A stretch of DNA of 64,000 nucleotides from the human T2T-CHM13v2.0 reference genome, Homo sapiens. Of the stretch, positions 14,921 through 31,966 are shown piece after piece. The notes under the pieces are model-generated. The model did not search any database. It was not told where the DNA came from and worked only from the letters and a program-made list of their open reading frames with translations. Position 1 is the first letter of the stretch. Every line of letters starts with the position of its first letter. The DNA lies in the NCBI RefSeq assembly GCF_009914755.1, contig NC_060946.1; one strand, written 5' to 3'. The position numbers were made by a program, and so were the translations under genes.

Positions 14921-15403
14921 TGTGGCAGACAGCAGGAATGGCCCCAATTCTCCAGCATTCACCCCAGCATCCATGCCCTTGGCCATGGGACCTACAGTGC
15001 CCTTCCACTCTGACCTTAGAGTGTCCTCTCACAAGGTTCAACCATATGACTTGCTTTGGCGAATGAGATGTTAACAAACATGATGCTTGTGTATTTCACT
15101 TACACTTTCTGCTCTTCCATGATTGCCATGAGAACGTGACCTGGGCAGCCTTTTGGAAGATGATTGACAAGGGGGTTCAGATGAGTTGTCCCCAGCTGAG
15201 GCCATCCTAGATCAACCAACAGCCAGGCCAACCCCTGGAAATGTAAGCCAGCCCAGCCAAGAGCAGAAGAACCATCTAAGCAAACCCAGTCTAAATCATC
15301 AACCTGCAGACTCATAAGTGAAATAAATGCCGTGAATTGACACCATGACATTTTGGGGTGGTTTGTTAACATGGCATCATTGTGTCAACAGGTGACTGAC
15401 ACA
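14921..15403 (+). mobile_element. MLT1 (G/H-like) solo LTR
   Basis: TGTGGCAGAC start, TGACTTGCTTTGGC, AATAAA, ends TGACTGACACA. Confidence 0.82.
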
Positions 15404-18258
15404 CCCCTCACCTCATCCTGTTAATTCCACCTTCCAAGTATGTCTGAACCTTTTTGTTTACCTCCTCTCCTTCTCCGCTCTCCTCTCGTTTCCCACCACC
15501 ACTGTATTCTAAGCCACCAATTTCTCTCTCCTGGATTTCTGCAAGAGCCTCCTGACAGGTCATTCCCCTACAGATTATTGGCCCCTCCAATAAATCCAAG
15601 GTTGCTCCAGTCATCAACCTTACAGAAACATTTGGGGCATATGACCTTTTGTGTTTCTAAGTGTGTGAAGTGGAAATACTCAAAGGTAAAATTCAAAATG
15701 CTCTACCATCAGTATAAGTGGACACCAAGAAGACAACAGACAGCCAAGTATGGTAGTCCAAGAATTCCAATGTCAGCCCAACATAGCTGTCATGAGGATT
15801 AAATAAACACAAGTTCTACCCACTAGGAGGAAGTGGCAACTAAATAAACAGCTGGAAGGAACTTTGAAATTAGAATCCAGTGTCCTCATTTTAGATACAA
15901 GGAAACTGAGGCACAGAGAGAAAAAGCAACCTGTCCAGAGTCACACAGTGACCAGGAACCTGTAGGGGAAGGAAGGAGGCCAGTGTCATGAGGCAGTGTT
16001 CTCCCAGTTCTTATCGCTGGTGTATTCTAGCACCCACCACGTGGTTTGGCTCACATTTGTTGATAAATGAACCAAGGATCTAGACACTTCCTAACTCTTG
16101 CCGCATCCCTCTCCAAACCCCTTCCCACACACACTTGCCTCCAACCTGAACAAGGGGGATGGTTCTCCCACAGCCAGCAGAAAAGAGGTCTGGAGTCACC
16201 CTTCTGTGTATTCACTTGATCAGTAAATCTGGGCTCCACATGTACCTCGAGCAGAGCTGCTAAGAAGCCCCAGCAACACCAGGAAGAATCCACAATGGGG
16301 GGTGGGGGTTGCTGTAGGAGCTACAAGCCATTCAGACCACCCCAGGCTTGTGCCTTGGCTCAAATGGCTGCGTCTTACTGTGCCTCTCTTTGCCCGTCTG
16401 TGAAATGGGTATAACAGGCCCTATCACACAAGAGGCAAATGATAAATATTAGCCCTTCTCGTTGCAGCACCAGGGCCTTGGTCACCTTCTTTCATTTTGT
16501 TAATTTTGTTTTCATTTTGCTAATTTTTTTAAATGTGGATATAAACCAAAAAAATGGCCTTTGAGGGATCCCCTCAAGGAAGGTATCTAAAAGGAGAACC
16601 TAAGAACCACCTTTCCCCATGGGTGTTTACAGGTTGGGGGACCCCTTCCTGCTGCCTAACCTTAACAGCCACTGTGAAATACATTTTTTCCGCTCAAATA
16701 TTCACTGTGCAGGATGAACTCTGGCCAGATGTGGAAAAAAGTAACTCGGGGGTGGTGGCTCAGCCCCAACAGAAGGAAAATGGAGCCAAGGCCTGATGCC
16801 TCTGGGTTTTCAGCTGGTGGCCACATGGTATCCAGGCCACACAGCAGAGTGGAGAAGAAGGTGGGTTCGAAACCAGCCCCCATGCCCAGCCCACAGCAGG
16901 GATCCCAGGAGCCAAAGGTGCTGAGGTTTGAATTCCAGTTCAGCCACCTACTGTCTGACTACAAGCAAGTCCCTGTTCCTGTCTGAGCCTCAGTTTCTCT
17001 GTCCTGTTGGGGGTATGGCAGCTGGCTGGGTCCTGGTGGAGGATAAGAGAGAAAATGACCTGAGTTTGAGCATAGGAGTCTATTGAGGTGCACGTGTGTG
17101 TGCACACGCACATGTGTGGATGTGTGTGTGAGCATGCACACCCCTTGCAGAGTGTCCAGTAGGTGTGACTATCTGAGCAAGTGTAAGAGCCAGGGCTGGA
17201 ACCAAGGGGAGGCCTGCAAGGTGCCCGGGATGCATGCTTTATGGAGGCATCCAGTCCCAGTCCTGGTGGGGGTTCTTGTTTCCATCACTCCAACATCCCC
17301 TGGATGAACCAGGTAGGAAAAATAAGCCGTAAGCTCCCCAGTCTGGCTACCACCTCCCAAGCCCCCTCCCTCCCTAGCCAGCCTCCAGCAGCCTTCCAGG
17401 CAAGAAGGAGTTAACTGGATGCCCTTCCAAAGCAAATAGGGCCCGGAGCACAGCCAGCCCAGAACTCAAAACACATGAGAAGAGGGAAACCCCTTCCCCC
17501 ATTTTCTCCCCCATCCCCTCCCCTACTCCAGGGCTGCTTTTGTGCGGTTCCTCCCACACACCCTGCCCTTTTTCCCTCCTGCCTCTGGCTACCACTAGCA
17601 AGTCCCACGGATTTTTCCTACTCCCTCCCTCCTTATCTCCATCTCTTGTGTCCCCAGTCTGCTCCTGCCTAGGATACAAGCAATCGGGCTACCAGCTGAC
17701 CTGTACTCTGTTGCTCCCTGGCCTTCCCCAGTCCTAGACCCCCAGGCTGTGCAGGGGAGCCCTGCCTAGAGAGCCTCCTCTGTCACACACTGTTGTGGGA
17801 GCCCGGAGCCCTGTCAACACCTCTGCTGCCTCCATTGCCTCTGAAGGTGAAGACGCGCGTGAAATGCACACGATGAACCACCCACTTACTCTTAGGCGGA
17901 GAAGGACCCTTCCCTGGGGAGATGTGTGGCAGAGACAAGGCTGACAGCAGCAATATCTAGGCCTGCGTCCTCTGTATGGGTGACACATAGCCCCTATCTG
18001 GGGCTGCAGTCCTCCTGGAAAATGAAGTTGCAGCTGCCAGGCCTTCTCAGGGCAACCGTAAGGCTGGAAGGAGACCAAGGGTGTGAACGCTTCACACACT
18101 GCATGGGCAGCCCACATCGCGGTGTTGATTCTCAGCATCACCGTGCCTCTACCAACCAGCTTTCTCACTCCAGTGAGATGTGCTAAGAAGTAGAGGGGCA
18201 TATGGCTCTTAGAATTCCTGCCCCTGTGAAACAAGGGCAGACTGGCACTGATGGTTGA

Positions 18259-18597
<339 letters not shown>

Positions 18598-18959
18598 TGA
18601 ATATTTTATTGATCCCTGCACTTGCACCTTGTGCTATGCCCATTCTATAAATTATTTCATTTAATCTACATGCCAGTCCTGAAAGGTGGGTAGTACTGTC
18701 TCCATTTTACAGATGAGGAAACTGAGGTGTCTGGTGGTATTTATCTTCCAAGAAGAGAAAGGTTTACATTCTCTCTACCAAACTCATCATTTAACAGTTG
18801 CCCAAAAAGGAAAAAAAAATCACTTTTAAGAGTCAGAGAATCTTCTAGTCTACACTGGGACCAGGGAAGGGGTGACCTGGGGGTGCCCAGAACAGCCCAC
18901 CCACCCAGGTAACCCAGAAGCCAAAGTCATTTATTTCCTTATTCATAAAAGTGTTTTTA

Positions 18960-19154
<195 letters not shown>

Positions 19155-19329
19155 TCACCCTCAAAGCCACCTGCAAGAAAGATCCGACCTGCCCATTTTA
19201 CAGATGAGGGAGCTGAGACCCAGAGCAGGGAAAAGACCTGCTTGGGGTCACAGCCAGTTAATCAGATCCAGGCAGGGCCCTCAGTTTCCTGACTCCCAGG
19301 CTGGGATTCTAGGGTTCAGCATAGTCTGT

Positions 19330-19845
<516 letters not shown>

Positions 19846-20046
19846 ATTATCATGAGGGACCTGTCAGGCATTTTCAAGCTATTAAAAAAAATTTTTTTTA
19901 AGATATTTCAGGTAGGGCTGGCAGCACCTCAAGTGTCATTCCATGCAATCACCTGAGTCCTCCCATTCTGCAGCTGGGAAAACTGAGGTCCCAAGATAGA
20001 ATGTGCAAGAACCAGACATTGCGAAGGCTATGCCTGGACCCCGGGG

Positions 20047-20524
<478 letters not shown>

Positions 20525-20764
20525 CCCCCAGGTCTCCTGGCTGCATCCTATACTGAGGCCACAGTTGATAGTCTGGAGCCACAGTGGGGGTCACATGGGT
20601 GAACCCCAGCTCCCCAGATGAAGCTGGCTTCCTGGGGAGCAGCCTAAGCCATTTATCCTCCAGGTGACAAGACCAACGAGGCCACCTGCACTGAATTTCA
20701 ATTTGTTTTCTTTAAGTAGAATGGCACCTTGGGAAGCTGGTGTCGGCAGAAATACAACCCCTGA

Positions 20765-21313
<549 letters not shown>

Positions 21314-21700
21314 TGATGCTTACAGCAAAACCTCCTCGCCCTACACAAAGCAAGTCCCGTGGGGACTCGGGAAGGGAGGAAGGGCCTCCCAGGAGTGGAG
21401 ACCCTCCCTATTGCCTCCCTGGGACCCCACCTGATCCCCAGGTGCCACCAGATTCTTCCTTCCACAAGGAGACACCTTGGTGGCCAGACTCCGGCAACAG
21501 AGAGAACAACATGCCAGGTCATGGGGCTGGAACCCCTGAGTGAGACCAGTGAGAAAGATTTCTAGGGGAAGGTGAGTGGAGTTCCCGCCTTGTCTCCAGT
21601 GACTTCAAAGGGAGAGGAAGAAAACCAACTGCCAACAAGATGCCTTGGAGAACTCCATTTAGGTCACTGTACAATGTGTGCGTGTGCCTGGTGTGTCTGA

Positions 21701-21701
21701 T

Positions 21702-21757
<56 letters not shown>

Positions 21758-21759
21758 GA
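21701..21759. repeat. Compound (TG)n(AG)n microsatellite
   Basis: Direct reading. Confidence 0.95.
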
Positions 21760-21818
21760 CAACAGTCTGTTGACAATGGTTATCTGGAGAAGGAGGTGGG
21801 AGAGAGGCTGACCTTTGA

Positions 21819-22570
<752 letters not shown>

Positions 22571-24258
22571 GGTGGGGGTGCCAAAAACAAAACAAGGAGA
22601 ACAGTTGTCATAGATGGCGTATTTTTGAGTGTCCCCTGTGAGCCAGGCAGCATCTTAAGCACTCAATGTGCAATGCATCCTCATCCATTTACATACCCAT
22701 TTCACAGATGAAGAAACAGAGGCTCGGAAAGGTGAAGTTCTTTTCTAGAGATCCAACAAAGAGCTAAGCGACAGAGGTTGTGGTCTGGATGCAGTTCTGC
22801 TTGGTTCCAGGGTCTGTGTTCCAAAGTCTGTGGGGACTTCCAAAGTATGTAGGGACTTCATCTAAGACTTATGACAGCCTCAAAATGGGACTTGGACCCC
22901 GGACCCTTCTGAAACCAAAGTCCCCCACAGTCTTAATGCCTACCCCTCTAAGTTAAGGTGTGGAAAATGCTTAGCACACAGCAAGAGTTCACCTATGTTG
23001 GTTATGATAATCAATAATAATACTAGGGGGCCTTGTCTAGCAAAAAGTATAGGAAGAGGGAGAGCACAGCTTCCCTAGGGGAGCAGACTTGTGACCCCCA
23101 CGGTAAACCCAGCAGTGCAGGGGGACAGGTCAGAGGCCCGTTGCTCAGGAGGCTGCAAGCCAAGGAGGAATTTCCTACACCCGAGTCCTGACTCCTAGGG
23201 CATGCTGTCCTACAGCCCCCAGGCCCTGGTCCTTGGCAGATTTTATTGATCAACTGGAGCAAACTGCATGGTCCACGCCAGGGCTGGCCTGCATGGAAGG
23301 AGCCGGAGCATGTGCTTAGACAACCCTGGATGGAGCAGCTGGGGAACCAGGGAGGTAGGTTCTGAGCTATTCCTCTGTGAAATGTGCGTTAAAAATACGT
23401 CTGTATCTATCAGAGGCCTGAGGTCAGGCTCCAAGGACAATGTGTATTCCCTGCATGATAGGATGTCCCTTGCAATTTCAGAAATGAAAATTGAGAATGC
23501 CTTAATTACCTCTCTTGGGGCAGACAGGAGCGAGCTGCCCCGTGTCCCCTTCCAAGGCTGGCTTCTCACACTGGCTGAGGCCATCCCAGGCTGGCAGAGC
23601 TAGAAATTGCCTCAATTTCATCTACTCCAATACCTCCATCCTACAGATGGGGACACTGAGGCCCAGAAGGGGAAACGGGCTTACCCAAGGTCAAAGAGTG
23701 AGAGGTGGATGCAGAACAAGAATTCAAACCCAGGTTTCTGGACTCCCAGGCAAGATTCTCGCTCAACACCCCATCTCTTGACTAAAGTACTCATTCTCTA
23801 AAGGAGGTCTTTGAACCACTCGTTCATTTCACAAATATTTATCAAGTACCTACTATAGACCAGGCTTTATGTTAGAAATTAGGGAAACCACAGAAAGCAA
23901 TTCCAGGCATGTCTCTACCCTTGGAGAGGTTACAGTCTAAGGTGGTGGAGTTCCCAGACCTGCTGGCCACTCTTGTAAACTCATTCCCAGTCACCTTGGC
24001 ATTTAATAGAATTTCAGGGGCTCTTACTGATGCCAGGCACGGTGTCAAGACTGGGGAATGCAAAGAGGAAGCAGGCATAGTTTAAGGTCCCAGAAAATCC
24101 AGTAGCTTGGATAGCGCACCTACACAATCACAAACTGAAGGAAATTCATGATGGAAGGTAAAATAGACAGAGAGGGTGTCACAGAACCCAGGAAGGTTAA
24201 CAAGGGCTTCTCGGAAAATGTGGCCTTTGGTGTGGATGTTGAGACTATGAAGATTTTA

Positions 24259-24563
<305 letters not shown>

Positions 24564-24857
24564 AAGATTTTGGAAGGGAGGTGATAGAGGGATAGGGCAT
24601 TCCAAGTGGGAGAAATGGTTATGAGCGAAGGAAGGTGCAGAGGTGAGACCATGAACATTCTGTTCAGGAAATAGCAAATAGCCTCACTAGTTGGCACAAT
24701 GGATAGAAGCCAGAATAGTAGCTTAGGGTTATATCATAGAAGGAGGTCAAAGTCAAACAAGGAGGTTATTCTTTAATCTGTAATGTAAGGGGAGAATGGT
24801 TGGAAATTTAGGTTCCTCCTCTCTACCCGAGACCTATTAACCCAGTATGCCTAGGAC

Positions 24858-25310
24858 CAGTCTGGCCATTCCTCAAAAAGTGCAATATAGAGTTACCACA
24901 TGACCCAGCAATTTCACTTCAGGTATTTATCCAAGAGAAGTGAAAACACTTTTCCACACAAAAACTTGCCCACGAGAGCTCACAGCGGCAGTCTTCATTC
25001 TAGCCAAAAAGTGAAAACACCCCAAATGTCCATCAACAGAGGAGTGGATAAACAAAATGTGGTCTATGTGTGCAATGGAATATTATTCAGCCATGTAAAG
25101 GAATGAAGTTCTGATCCGTGCTACAACATGGATGTTTCAAGGATGAACCTTGAAAACATGGTGCTAAGAGAAAGAAGCCCATCACAGAAGGCCACATATT
25201 GTATGATGCATTTATAGGGAGTGTCTAAAACAGGTAAATCTATAGAGACAGAGACTAAATTAGCAGTAGCTAGGGAAGGACTGGGGTGGGGGTTGGTAGC
25301 AATGGCTAAG
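24858..25310 (+). mobile_element. L1MB-type 3' fragment
   Basis: TGACCCAGCAATTTCAC..CCCAAATGTCCATCAAC..TGGATAAACAAAATGTGG..CAGGTAAATCTATAGAGACAGA. Confidence 0.9.
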
Positions 25311-26555
25311 GGTTTAAATAGGGTGGTTCAGGGAGGTCTCCAGGGGAAGGTAATATTGAAGCCAAGACATGCAGCAGGTGGGGCTCTGGCCTTTTGCTTT
25401 CCAGAGAAACAACTCAGACTCATGGCCAGCGGGCAGAAGGCAATGAGTGGAAGCTACTGATTTATTGATCCTGTCGTGTCTAGGTTTTCCTCCATACTCT
25501 TCCCACCAACAGCAGGAGAAGTCAGACAGAAATGCTCACCTCTTATAAAGAGGAAACTGAGGTCCAACGAGGGTTGCTTGTCTACTATCACACAGCAACT
25601 TACTAGTCCATGTGGGGCTCGGGCATAGGGGTCTTCCCGCTCCATTCCAGCTGGTGAGGCAGGCAGGGGCAACCTGCAACACCCCCCAAATCTCAGGACA
25701 CAGCAAAGGGAAAATGCCCCCCCTCCCCACCCACTGCCACTGCCACAGCCGCCTGCCTCAGGTGTGCCTTCAGGAGTGTCCACGGAAAACACCCCCGGGG
25801 CAGCTCTGCAGACCACCAGCCCCCACCCCGCCCCACAGGCATGCACAGGACCAGCCCATGATCTCACGGAGGCTCTTGCCAAAGCAATTGAAATTGTTCA
25901 GGGCTTGGCGAGCGCCTGCTGGCGAGGCTGCGGGTGGGAGGACCTGGTGGGGGCCGGGGGGTGGATACTGGGGAAGGGGATGGGGAGCAACAAAGCCTTC
26001 CTCCTTAGAGACAGTTTGTTCTCTCAACAGCTGTTAGAAATTTGAGGTTTTTCCATGCTCCAGGCTCAGAAAGGAAAGGGGGGAGACAGCTCTAGGGACA
26101 CATGCTTGCCAATGCCTGTGTCCTGGGAAGGAGGATGTGCACCTACCAATCACCTACTTTGTGCAACCACCGTTGGCCATGCACCCGCTTCACCAGCCCT
26201 GTGAGCAAGCAGCAGGCTCTAGCTGGGCATCCAATGGGTTCTCAATAGTGTTGAATTCACGACTCCACCACTGAAATCCTGCAAGCAACTTTGCCACTCC
26301 TAGCCTCAGCTTCCTCATCTATAAAACAGGCATGGTAATCACCCCCTTCTTCACAGGGCGACTGGGAGAGAGTCATCAGTGTCAAGCACTTAGCACGTGT
26401 GCAGTCAATGCAATTTATAGTAATTACTTCTGTATATGAGATTGTAATTGTAATTGTTACAGCAGCACTGTGAGATTGAGAGGACTATCTTCCTTTTCAA
26501 ATCAACAGTTAAGGTCCCAGGGAGGTTAAATGACTTTTCCACGTTCCCACGGCCA

Positions 26556-26715
26556 CAGGAGCAGCTACGTGATTTGTGGGGCCCAGCGCAGAATAAAAAC
26601 ATGGAGACTTTTGTTCAAAAATTATCAAGAATTGCAAGGTGACAACAGCCGAGCATTAGGTCAAGCGTGGGGCCCGATGTGGTGTCCATGAGGACAGCTC
26701 TGCATGGCCAGACTG
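26556..26715 (-). mobile_element. MER45A-like MITE
   Basis: GATTTGTGGGGCCCAG..TTGTTCAAAAATTATCAAGAATT..GAGCATTA. Confidence 0.72.
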
Positions 26716-27749
26716 AGCCAAGCCAGAATGCATATCCAGGTCCCCCCAACTCAAAAGCCAGTGCTTGTTCTACTTCTAAACTCCACCGTGGCCTCGAACT
26801 TCACCCTGCCAATCCAGCAGTGATTGTGCTGGAAAATAGCATTTTCCAAAAAGCATCCTCTGTTACCTTAAAGAGAAAACAGATATGTACATGTTTAGGG
26901 GGATACCCAGTGACTGGTAAAGTTCAGACCAAGCCCTGCCCAGAAGTTGCCAGGAAGTGCCTCCACCTCTCCTGCATCCAGGGAAGCTTCCCCAAGGCTC
27001 AGATGGAAGGCTGCCTCTTTCCAAAAGTCATCTGTGATTGGATCCCTTTTTCTCTGGCATTCCTTCAATTATCAGACGATGCTTGCTGATACCTATACGT
27101 GTGGGTCTCTGTCCTAGGCCCTGAGAGTTGGGCACCTACAGAAGGTGGGCCCCATCTTCAAGGGAGACTTGTCATTAGAAGGAAATAAAAACATTACACA
27201 TCAACAGCAGGTCTCATCTATGCAAAAAATTAGACCTAGAACAAAAGACTGGAAGGAAGTACTTCCACATGAGGGGTACTCAGCCCCGGATGGTGGAACT
27301 GAAGAGGGCTTTCTTTGCGGATAAAAAGGAGTAGCTTGCCCTAGGGCTGCTATATCTGGCACGGGGACTTCTGAACTGGGGGGTTTAAGTTTTAGGAGGC
27401 AATAATGTTCAGATTTAGATTTTTTTTAGATATAGCTTTTGTATTTTTTTCCAATTTCCTATAAGGATCCTATCACAGTTGCATATTTAAGGACTACGAA
27501 ATGAACGTATTTTAAGGCATGAACTGTGACTAAATGATGGGGCAGGGATAGGAGCCTATGTGTGCCTGACTCCCAAACTTGTGTATCACCTCGTTGCTCC
27601 ATGCCTCAGTTTCCCCATCTGTTGATAAGGCAGTGGGATCTGCCACCCTTTGAGGTCCTGCTACCCTGACATTCAGAGTGTATTTGACACCATAAGCTGC
27701 CAAGCAGGGAAAACTGGGGTGGTTTCTGGCCATCAGAGGAACCCAATCA

Positions 27750-28260
27750 ACTCCATCACATATGCTAACTGTACACCTATGATGTACCAAACCTGGGGAC
27801 ACCATGAATAACAAGCCCACATGCCACTCACAGCTTCGGAGGGAAACAGCAAACAAATGATCCCAAATGATCACTTATATGAGTCCAAGTGTGCAACCTG
27901 CTGCAGAGGAGAAGGCAGAGCGTTCTGGGATCAAAAGCGTGAGACTTAATACAGAGGTCAGGGGAGGCTTCCACATGGAAGAGGCACTTCGGGTAAACGA
28001 GAGCCAGCCAGGGGAAGGAAGGAGAGAAACGCACACAAGGACCCTGAGTCAGGCGATTGCAGCTCTGGGAAGGATGTCTAGAACAGCTGAAGCAGAGAAA
28101 ACCAGAGAGACCAAGCTAGAGGATGAGGCCTCAGAGACCAGAGGGGCCAGTTCACATGGGCCCTTGCAAGTCACTGGCAGGATTCTGCACTTTTCTCAAG
28201 GGCACTGGGAAGCCATGGATGGCTCAACCTAGAAGGAGCCTGATAAGCTCATAGAAGACC
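27750..28260 (-). mobile_element. L2 LINE fragment
   Basis: GGTCAGGGGAGGCTTCC..GGCACTGGGAAGCCATGGA. Confidence 0.65.
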
Positions 28261-29287
28261 AGAGTCCTCTGCCCCGAGCAGCAATTCCTGTGGGGCCTTT
28301 TGTGGCCACACTTGACTAGGTACTGGGGATGGGTTCATTCATAAATTAGGTTTAGCCTGAGTGCCAGGAGGAGGGGCCTCACAGGCAAGACGTTTGTTCA
28401 GGGTCAGGTACCTAGAACATTCCCTGGCTGCCACCAGAAGGCTCTGTCTTTACCAAAAAGTCATGCCAGGAGAGCTCACAGCCAGGTTTTATCACTGCTC
28501 TCAACCCCAAGGCCACATTTTTTCATCTCAGAGCCTCACACCTTGAAGGCCGGCAGGCTCAGTATAAAACATCCCAGCACGGGGCCAGTGCACAGTAGGT
28601 GTTTCATGACAAAAGCCACCATTCTTTGAGTAGTTACCATGTTCTCATGGTTCTGAGAATTTCTATTCATAAACATAGTTAACCATCATATTACTCCATG
28701 AGGTAGGAACCAGTATCCTCTTTGTTCTGGAGATGTCTGTCAGACTGATGCTTGGAGACGTTTCTTTTCAGGGCCAAGGCCTCAAAGAGGTCTCACAGCA
28801 GGTCTCCATCACAACCACCTGTCTTCTTAACTCCTTCTCTGCCCCACTTCCTCTTTACACATAGTAGGGCATCCTCCGACTCCTTCCAGAGGCCATTTGC
28901 ACGTATTTTCTTGTGGGTAGCAGAATGAGGGTCACAGCCAACAGCAGGGTTAAAGTCCCTGCACATGGGCTGTGGTAAGGGTTGAGACAGCACTGGTAAA
29001 GCACTGGCTTAGTAGTTGGTATTCCATACCCACTTGATAAATGATGGAGGGTCCATGATGACTGGACCCTCACATCACCATTGAGCCAGGGATAGCTCTG
29101 TGGTATTCATTCCACTGGTCAAATAGGTCAAGGGAGGCCCAGAGAGCTAATGTCAAGCCAAAAGTCTCACAGCAAGATCAGAGTTGGGACTGTCCCAACC
29201 CCACACACAGGATCCACGCATTGCTCCATAGAAGTTTCCTGAGGGCAGGACCACATCTATCTTGCTTACTATCAATAGTACTAGTTG

Positions 29288-29461
29288 AGATGGGGGCAGT
29301 GGTTCATACCTGTAATCTCAGCTACTCCAGAGGCTGAAGCAGGAGGATCACTTGAGCCCAGGAGGTCAAGGCTCTAGCAAGCTGTGATTGCACCACTGGA
29401 CTCCAGCCTGGGCCACAGAGCAAGACCCTATCTCTACAAAAAATGAAAGAAAAATAAAAAA
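29288..29461 (+). mobile_element. FRAM/FAM-like Alu right monomer
   Basis: Single right arm; TSD AATA(G/A)TACTAG. Confidence 0.88.
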
Positions 29462-29491
29462 TAATACTAGCTGAATGAATAAGTGAGCCAT

Positions 29492-30057
29492 TGCAGCAGA
29501 CAGACTCTTCTCCTAATGTTTATGCCCTTATGTAGCCAGTCCCTTTTCCTGGCATGTGGGAAGAGCCTGTGACCTGCTTCTAATCCACAAAATAGAGCAA
29601 ATTGACAAGATGTGTGTGATTACATACTTAAGATTATAGCACCCATCTTCCTGGAATCTCTTGCTTCCTGACAGCTTTGAAAGCAGCAAGCTGCCAAGGT
29701 GTAGGCTGCCTATGTTGGGAGGCCCATGTGGCAAGGAAATGTGGGGGTTTCTAGGAGCTGAAGGTGGCCTCTGACCAACAGGCAGGAAAAAGCTGAAGTC
29801 TTCAGTCCTACACCCACAAGGACCTAACTCCTGTCAATCATCTGCATGATCATGGAAGCAGATCTCTCTCCAGTTGAGCCTCAGATGAGAACACAGCCAC
29901 AGCTGACACCTTGGCTGCAGTCTTGTGAGACCCTAAGCAGAAGACCCACCCACACCATGCTCAGACTCCTGATCCACAGAAACTACGAGATCATAAATGT
30001 AAATTGTTTTAAGCCACAAAATTAGTAGATGTTACACAGCAGTAGATAACTAACACA
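29492..30057 (+). mobile_element. MLT1 (E/F-like) solo LTR
   Basis: CCCATGTGGCAAGGAA..GAGCCTCAGATGAGA..GTTTTAAGCCAC..ATAACTAACACA. Confidence 0.88.
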
Positions 30058-30127
30058 GCCAGAGACAGCCATAGCCATAGTTCCCAATTTGACTCATTCA
30101 CAAACCAGTTCCTCTTCCATAGTTTCA

Positions 30128-30461
<334 letters not shown>

Positions 30462-31076
30462 GAGAGAGAGAGAAGAAAGAAAACCATTTGGAGCCATTTG
30501 GAGCTGGGAGTGGAGGGAAAAGGGGAATTCTTAAAACCGTCCCTGGGAGCTCAGACGTGGTTGAACATGAAAATACACTCTTCTTACAAGTGGCTTGGAA
30601 ATGGGACCTAATGTAATTATCTTAAACAAATTCACAAGAGGAGAACATTCCTGCTTGAGGTCATCTCAACTAACCAAGGCAGCCTTGCTCTGCTCAGCCT
30701 GACACAGTGCTTAGCCTGGGAACCTGATTTGGACTGAGAAAAAGACCTCTCTGGCTGTCACTGTTCCATGTGGATTCTCTGAATGTCAGAATGTTCCAGG
30801 CATCAACTCCTTAAGTCTATGAGTCATGAAATTCCAGACCTCTGCAGGCACTGGAACGTAGACTGTGATAACCACCACATTTGTTCTAATCACCAATTTG
30901 TTTCTAGATAATCTAGTTTGGGTGGTAGAGACATGGATGAACACAGCTGGGAGTGTGTTGATGAATGTTGAGGCAGTTGATAGGTACCTGGGGGTTCTTT
31001 ATACTACTGTTCTTTTTGCTTTCACACGTTTGAGGTTTTCCATAGTGAAAAATTAAATCAGTGGAAAGGCAGTGCA

Positions 31077-31190
31077 GTCCAGTGGTTATGTGCATGGACT
31101 CTGGGTCCCGCAGATCTGGGGGTGTGTCCTGGCTCATCCAAACTACATCATCCCAGGCTGAGTCTCCACAGTAGTAACCTCAGTGAGATT
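31077..31190 (+). repeat. Donor copy of a 114-bp dispersed direct repeat (partner 34292-34405)
   Basis: Ungapped manual alignment, 11 mismatches in 114 bp. Confidence 0.95.
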
Positions 31191-31502
31191 TTTTGTTTTG
31201 TTTTGTTTTGGTTTTGAGATGGAGTCTCGCTTTGTCACCCAGGCTGGAGTGCACTGGCGCGATCTCAGCTCACTGAAAGCTCCGCCTCCCAGGTTCACAC
31301 CATTCTCCTGCCCCAGCCTCTCGAGTAGCTGGGACTACAGGCACCCGCCACCATGCCCAGCTAATTTTTTTGTATTTTTAGTAGAGATGGGGTTTCACTG
31401 TGTTAGCCTAGCCAGGATGGTCTCGATCTCCTGACCTCGTGATCCGCCCACCTCAGCCTCCCAAAATGCTGGGATTACAGGTGTGAGCCACTACACCCAG
31501 CC
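31190..31502 (-). mobile_element. Alu SINE (AluY) inserted in a MIR
   Basis: AAGCTCCGCC, TTCACACCATTCTCC, TAGCCAGGATGG diagnostics; MIR core resumes at about 31510. Confidence 0.96.
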
Positions 31503-31644
31503 AAGATCTTAGCTCCATTTTACAGATGAGGCCACTGAGGCTCAGGGAGTGGCTGTGACTTGCCCGGAGTCTCACAGCTGGGAAGGCTCGAGCCAGGATT
31601 TGAACCAAGTCCTTTTGCCTCCAAAATCTTCTAACTGGTACACT

Positions 31645-31828
31645 CAGGACTGGCTGTATAATTTGTGGGACCCACAAAAAAAAATGAAATGCGGGGCCCC
31701 TTGTTAAAAAACAATGATGATTGCTTCTCGGAATAGGGGATTTGAAAAAATAATAATAATGATGAATTTCAAGTTGATGGCAGCAGAGCATTAAACCAAG
31801 CACAGGGCCCCCCGTGAAGCTGGCCCTG
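31645..31828 (-). mobile_element. MER45A-like MITE
   Basis: CAGGACTGGCTG...GAAGCTGGCCCTG termini; degenerate 8-bp TSD GGTACACT/GCTACATT. Confidence 0.75.
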
Positions 31829-31918
31829 GCTACATTGTAGTGATGTTAGCTGCCATTATTCTTATTACAATTGCATATTCATAGTCCCCTGGAGTCTTCA
31901 AATCAAAGAACAATAGAA

Positions 31919-31966
31919 CAGAATTCTGGTGTCTCAAGGATCTTGACGATCCCAGAATTACAGAAC
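31919..31966 (+). repeat. Donor copy of a 48-bp dispersed direct repeat (partner 33409-33456)
   Basis: Ungapped manual alignment, 5 mismatches in 48 bp. Confidence 0.92.
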
